Source: Candidatus Nanohaloarchaea archaeon
GTDB taxonomy: Archaea; Nanohalarchaeota; Nanosalinia; Nanosalinales; Nanosalinaceae
Direction: 5' to 3'
Assembly (NCBI GenBank): GCA_041640035.1
Contig: JBEQBC010000008.1
Location: 1 to 28,129, forward strand
Length of the DNA: 28,129 nt
Shown here: piece after piece, positions 24,959 through 28,129 of the stretch
Layout: each line of letters begins with the position of its first letter
Position numbering within the stretch: position 1 is the stretch's first letter
The notes under the pieces: model-generated
What the model was told of the DNA's origin: nothing
Database searches by the model: none
Seen by the model: only the letters and a program-made list of their open reading frames with translations
Made by a program: the position numbers and the translations under genes

Positions 24959-26449
24959 ATGACAGATAAATTTGAACAACTAGAAGAAGAACTGAAACCT
25001 ATTCAAAACCTGCAGTACATAAGCGGACTTTTGAACTGGGATAAAGAGGTAATGATGCCTCCAGAAGGCCAGAAAGCAAGGCTTCACCAGCAGTCAACGC
25101 TCTCCAAGCTACAGCACCGACTGACTACAAGCGACAAGATTGACGACCTTCTACAGGAGATCGATGAAGACGAACTCAGCCAGAGAGACAAGGCGGTTCT
25201 CAGAGAGTTCAAGAAGGAGAAAAAGAAGGCTGACAAGGTTCCAGAGGACCTGATGGAGAAGATCTCCGAGAAATCATCTGAAACGGTCGAGATCTGGAGA
25301 GAAGACCGCGAGGAGGACAAATTCGACAGGTTCGCGGAGAACCTTCAGGAGCTGGTTGAACTGAAACGGGAGTACGCTAACCATATCGATCCGGATGCTG
25401 AGCCGTATGAAGTGCTTTTCAAGGACTTCGAACCTTTCATGAAGTTTGAGACTATGGAGGAAATTCTTGAGACTTTGAAGGAAGAACTGGTTCCGTTCAT
25501 AGAAGAGATACAGGAATCCGATGCCGATATCACCACTGATGCTTTTGAAGGTGACTTCGGACAGGAGAAGCAGGAGAAGATAAATGAAAAGATTGCACGG
25601 GATCTTGGATTCCCGGAGGAGTCTGGAAGGATCGATCAGTCCACACATCCTTTCACTTCGGGTACTACTTTTGATACAAGGATTACTACGCGTTATAATC
25701 CGAACGATATTTCGGAGAGTATCTTGCCGACTATCCACGAGACAGGTCATGCACTTTATCAGCTAGGGCTTCCTGAAGATGAGTATAACTCGCCTGTTGG
25801 TGAGGCACGGGATCTGAGTATTCATGAGTCTCAGTCTCGTCTCTGGGAGAACCATGTAGGTCGTTCGAAGGCTTACTGGCGTCACATGCTTCCGAAGGTT
25901 GAGGAGGAGTTCCCGGAGGTTGAAGGTACAAGTATTCAGGACTGCTACGAGTCCATCAATCAGGTTTACGAAGACAACATGATCCGTGTCAACTCTGATG
26001 AGCTTACTTATCATCTTCATATCGTTATCCGTTTTGAGATCGGTAGAGCGTTGATTAACGGTGATATGGAGGTGGATGAGCTTCCGGAGGTCTGGGATGA
26101 GAAGATGCAGCAGTACCTAGGTCTTTCTCCTGATAACCATAAGGAAGGTGTTATGCAGGATATCCACTGGGCTTGGGGAGAGTTCGGTTACTTCCCAACC
26201 TACTCTCTGGGAAGCGTCTTAGCAGCACAGATATTCGAATCAGCTGAAGAGGACCTCCCTGATCTTGAGGAGAAGATTGAGGAAGGAGAGTTTGAACCTC
26301 TTCTTGAGTGGCTGCGTGAGAACATCCATCAGCACGGTAAGATGTACCGTACGGAGGAACTGGTGGAGAAGGCGACAGGTCAGAAGCCGACACCGGAGCC
26401 GTTCCTAGAGTACATTAAGGAGAAGTACTCCGATCTCTACAACCTCTAA
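24959..26449 (+). CDS. Carboxypeptidase M32 (carboxypeptidase Taq family)
   Basis: HPF, HETGHALY, HESQSRLWEN, QDIHW and GYFPTY motifs. ATG 24959 preferred over GTG 24947. Confidence 0.96.
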   Translation: MTDKFEQLEEELKPIQNLQYISGLLNWDKEVMMPPEGQKARLHQQSTLSKLQHRLTTSDKIDDLLQEIDEDELSQRDKAVLREFKKEKKKADKVPEDLMEKISEKSSETVEIWREDREEDKFDRFAENLQELVELKREYANHIDPDAEPYEVLFKDFEPFMKFETMEEILETLKEELVPFIEEIQESDADITTDAFEGDFGQEKQEKINEKIARDLGFPEESGRIDQSTHPFTSGTTFDTRITTRYNPNDISESILPTIHETGHALYQLGLPEDEYNSPVGEARDLSIHESQSRLWENHVGRSKAYWRHMLPKVEEEFPEVEGTSIQDCYESINQVYEDNMIRVNSDELTYHLHIVIRFEIGRALINGDMEVDELPEVWDEKMQQYLGLSPDNHKEGVMQDIHWAWGEFGYFPTYSLGSVLAAQIFESAEEDLPDLEEKIEEGEFEPLLEWLRENIHQHGKMYRTEELVEKATGQKPTPEPFLEYIKEKYSDLYNL

Positions 26450-26772
26450 TCCTTCTTTATTTCTATTTCATTTCCGACTACCTGTAGATCGCCTTCATAC
26501 ATATCTACTCTTCCTTTCAGAACTATGGTTTCGTTGTTGAATATGAATCCAGGGTAGTCGAACATGACTGCGTTGAGAGAATCTATTTTGAAGAAGGCGT
26601 GTTGCTGGTAGCGACTGAGTTCTCTTACCGAGCCTTCGACCGCTATCTGCTTGCCAAGCATCGACCTATCTACCTCTCCAGGGCTAACCCTCTCCGGCTG
26701 TGCTGAGACAATGGTTATTCCGAGCATAAGCAGGCCTGTTACTGTTGCCAGAATAAGTGCGATGTCCTTCAA
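26446..26772 (-). CDS. Membrane-anchored OB-fold protein
   Basis: N-terminal hydrophobic helix, then an OB-fold pattern (VEGSV...GRVDMYEGDLQV). ATGA overlap with thpR. Confidence 0.75.
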   Translation of the reverse strand: MKDIALILATVTGLLMLGITIVSAQPERVSPGEVDRSMLGKQIAVEGSVRELSRYQQHAFFKIDSLNAVMFDYPGFIFNNETIVLKGRVDMYEGDLQVVGNEIEIKKD

Positions 26773-27305
26773 AACTCGATCTCCTTCAAGGTCTTGTATT
26801 CGGATCTCTGTCCGTTGAGCCTTGACTCGAAGATTTTAACCGAATTAACTTCGATTTCTCCAAAACTATAGTCTTTGTGGTCTTTCATCCCTTTCTTCAG
26901 TTTTCTCTTCTTTTTCGAGGAAAGGTTCTGAACGCGGAAAAGCGTGATATGTGGCTTGAAGTCGTGATCGTTGTCAGAAACTAGGCCGTGTTTGCTAGAT
27001 TTCCTGTAGAGTTCTCGGAATTTATCTGACTTGGCTCCTGTCCAGACTACTCTGATATGGTTTTTTGATGGGAATGCGCCTATATCCTTTATCTGGGCTT
27101 TGAAGCTGTCCATCTGAACTTGCTCGAGATGTTTTTCCAGTTGGTCGATCTCCTTCTGGTTGAGGTCTTTGAAGAATTCCAGTGTGATATGCATTTTGTC
27201 TCTGGTTACTGAGTTGAAGTTCATGTCCAGGGTGTTTCTGATGTATTCCAGTTCGTCGAGTACTTTTTCGTTTTCGATATCTACTGCGGTGAACACCCTG
27301 GTCAT
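26769..27305 (-). CDS. thpR: RNA 2',3'-cyclic phosphodiesterase (2H phosphoesterase, LigT/ThpR)
   Basis: RVFTAVD, two HITL motifs and GAFP...RVVW. Confidence 0.93.
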   Translation of the reverse strand: MTRVFTAVDIENEKVLDELEYIRNTLDMNFNSVTRDKMHITLEFFKDLNQKEIDQLEKHLEQVQMDSFKAQIKDIGAFPSKNHIRVVWTGAKSDKFRELYRKSSKHGLVSDNDHDFKPHITLFRVQNLSSKKKRKLKKGMKDHKDYSFGEIEVNSVKIFESRLNGQRSEYKTLKEIEF

Positions 27306-27370
27306 TGTTTACATTTTTAACCGTTCGATATGTATAAACTATTAATACAACGCAGGTGTAACAATAATAC

Positions 27371-27631
27371 ATGGCTGAAAAACCACGGGCGACAGAACTG
27401 ACTGGGAAAACTATAGTATCTGAAGAACACGGTAAAAAGTTCGGTACGGTTGAGGATCTCTCCTATGTTTCCGATACTGGCGAACTGATGAACATCCTAA
27501 TCACAGATACCACAAAGCATCTCAACGACGCTAACCTACAGCAGGACAGAAAAGGAAGAAGCATTATACCGTTCTCCTCTGTAAGAAGCATCGGAGACTT
27601 CGTCATCGTATCAGAAGACGAAATAATGTAG
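27371..27631 (+). CDS. PRC-barrel domain protein (possibly CdpB-like cell-division protein)
   Basis: LTGKTIV...GKKFGTVEDL...TGEL...IPFSSVRSIGDFVIV. The CdpB role is inferred from haloarchaeal homologues of this fold. Confidence 0.88.
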   Translation: MAEKPRATELTGKTIVSEEHGKKFGTVEDLSYVSDTGELMNILITDTTKHLNDANLQQDRKGRSIIPFSSVRSIGDFVIVSEDEIM

Positions 27632-27742
27632 AAAATCGTTTTCTTCTCTCCTTATCTATTCTATTTATCGAACCAGAACTGCCTATTTTTAATTAAAGAA
27701 GTAAAGAAGAATATGAGAGAGGCTTAAGGACTCTCTACTGAG

Positions 27743-28129
27743 TTATGCGTCCTCTATACCTTTATCGGTAATTTCGAAGACTGCTTCTCCTTCAGGCAGG
27801 TAAGGGCTGTCTTCGAGCCGTGCTACGCGTGTGTCCTTCTTTCCTTTCCGTAGGTAGATGATGACTGCGCAGTTGTGTGCTACGATGTTTCCTCCGATTG
27901 CCTTTGTAGGGTCTCCAAACATCTGATCTGGGTTGTCCATGACCTGGTTGGTGACTACTACTGCTACATTATGGGTGTTTGCTACTTTCAGCAGTGTTGA
28001 CATGTGCTTGTTCAGTTTCTGCTGTCTGTTGGCCAGTTCTCCTCGTCCTACATACTCTGAACGGAAGTGAGCCATCAGAGAGTCAACTATGATCAAGCCG
28101 ATGTCGTTGTCGTTGCAGATCTGTTTGGC
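27743..28129 (-). CDS. radA: RadA recombinase, C-terminal part (5' end lies outside the window)
   Basis: Walker [37 protein letters not shown] and [10 protein letters not shown]. Confidence 0.96.
   Translation of the reverse strand, partial: AKQICNDNDIGLIIVDSLMAHFRSEYVGRGELANRQQKLNKHMSTLLKVANTHNVAVVVTNQVMDNPDQMFGDPTKAIGGNIVAHNCAVIIYLRKGKKDTRVARLEDSPYLPEGEAVFEITDKGIEDA

Noticed and set aside
2142-27372. Numerous Ser/Phe/Leu-rich antisense ORFs in the track
   Set aside because: Expected shadows of Glu/Asp/Lys-rich genes on the opposite strand.

Overview
Compact, gene-dense archaeal chromosome segment with a strongly acidic proteome, mostly leaderless genes and moderate GC. It most likely comes from a nanohaloarchaeon (DPANN); this is inferred from composition and gene content, not from a database search. 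The window contains a replication origin (about 8 ORB-like boxes around an 81% AT unwinding element) followed by orc1/cdc6, PolD DP1, an inserted HAD-family gene and PolD DP2. Next come a CBS/Zn-ribbon protein, three divergent tandem paralogues of unknown function, an orphan ~107-nt hairpin, DUF167-dnaG-mscS, an Lrp regulator, a PH/SHOCT protein, a Na+/Pi cotransporter, a squalene-synthase-like enzyme next to tRNA-Thr(CGT), four peptidases (M29, M42, M3B, M32), a long coiled-coil protein, fxsA, thpR, a PRC-barrel protein and the 3' end of radA. No transposase, integrase or CRISPR array was seen. The signals most worth following are: the three-paralogue operon and its downstream hairpin; a uORF plus three-hairpin leader in front of a CTG-initiated membrane protein; three palindromes at exact 19-bp spacing inside the origin DUE; and two micro-ORFs missing from the ORF track.
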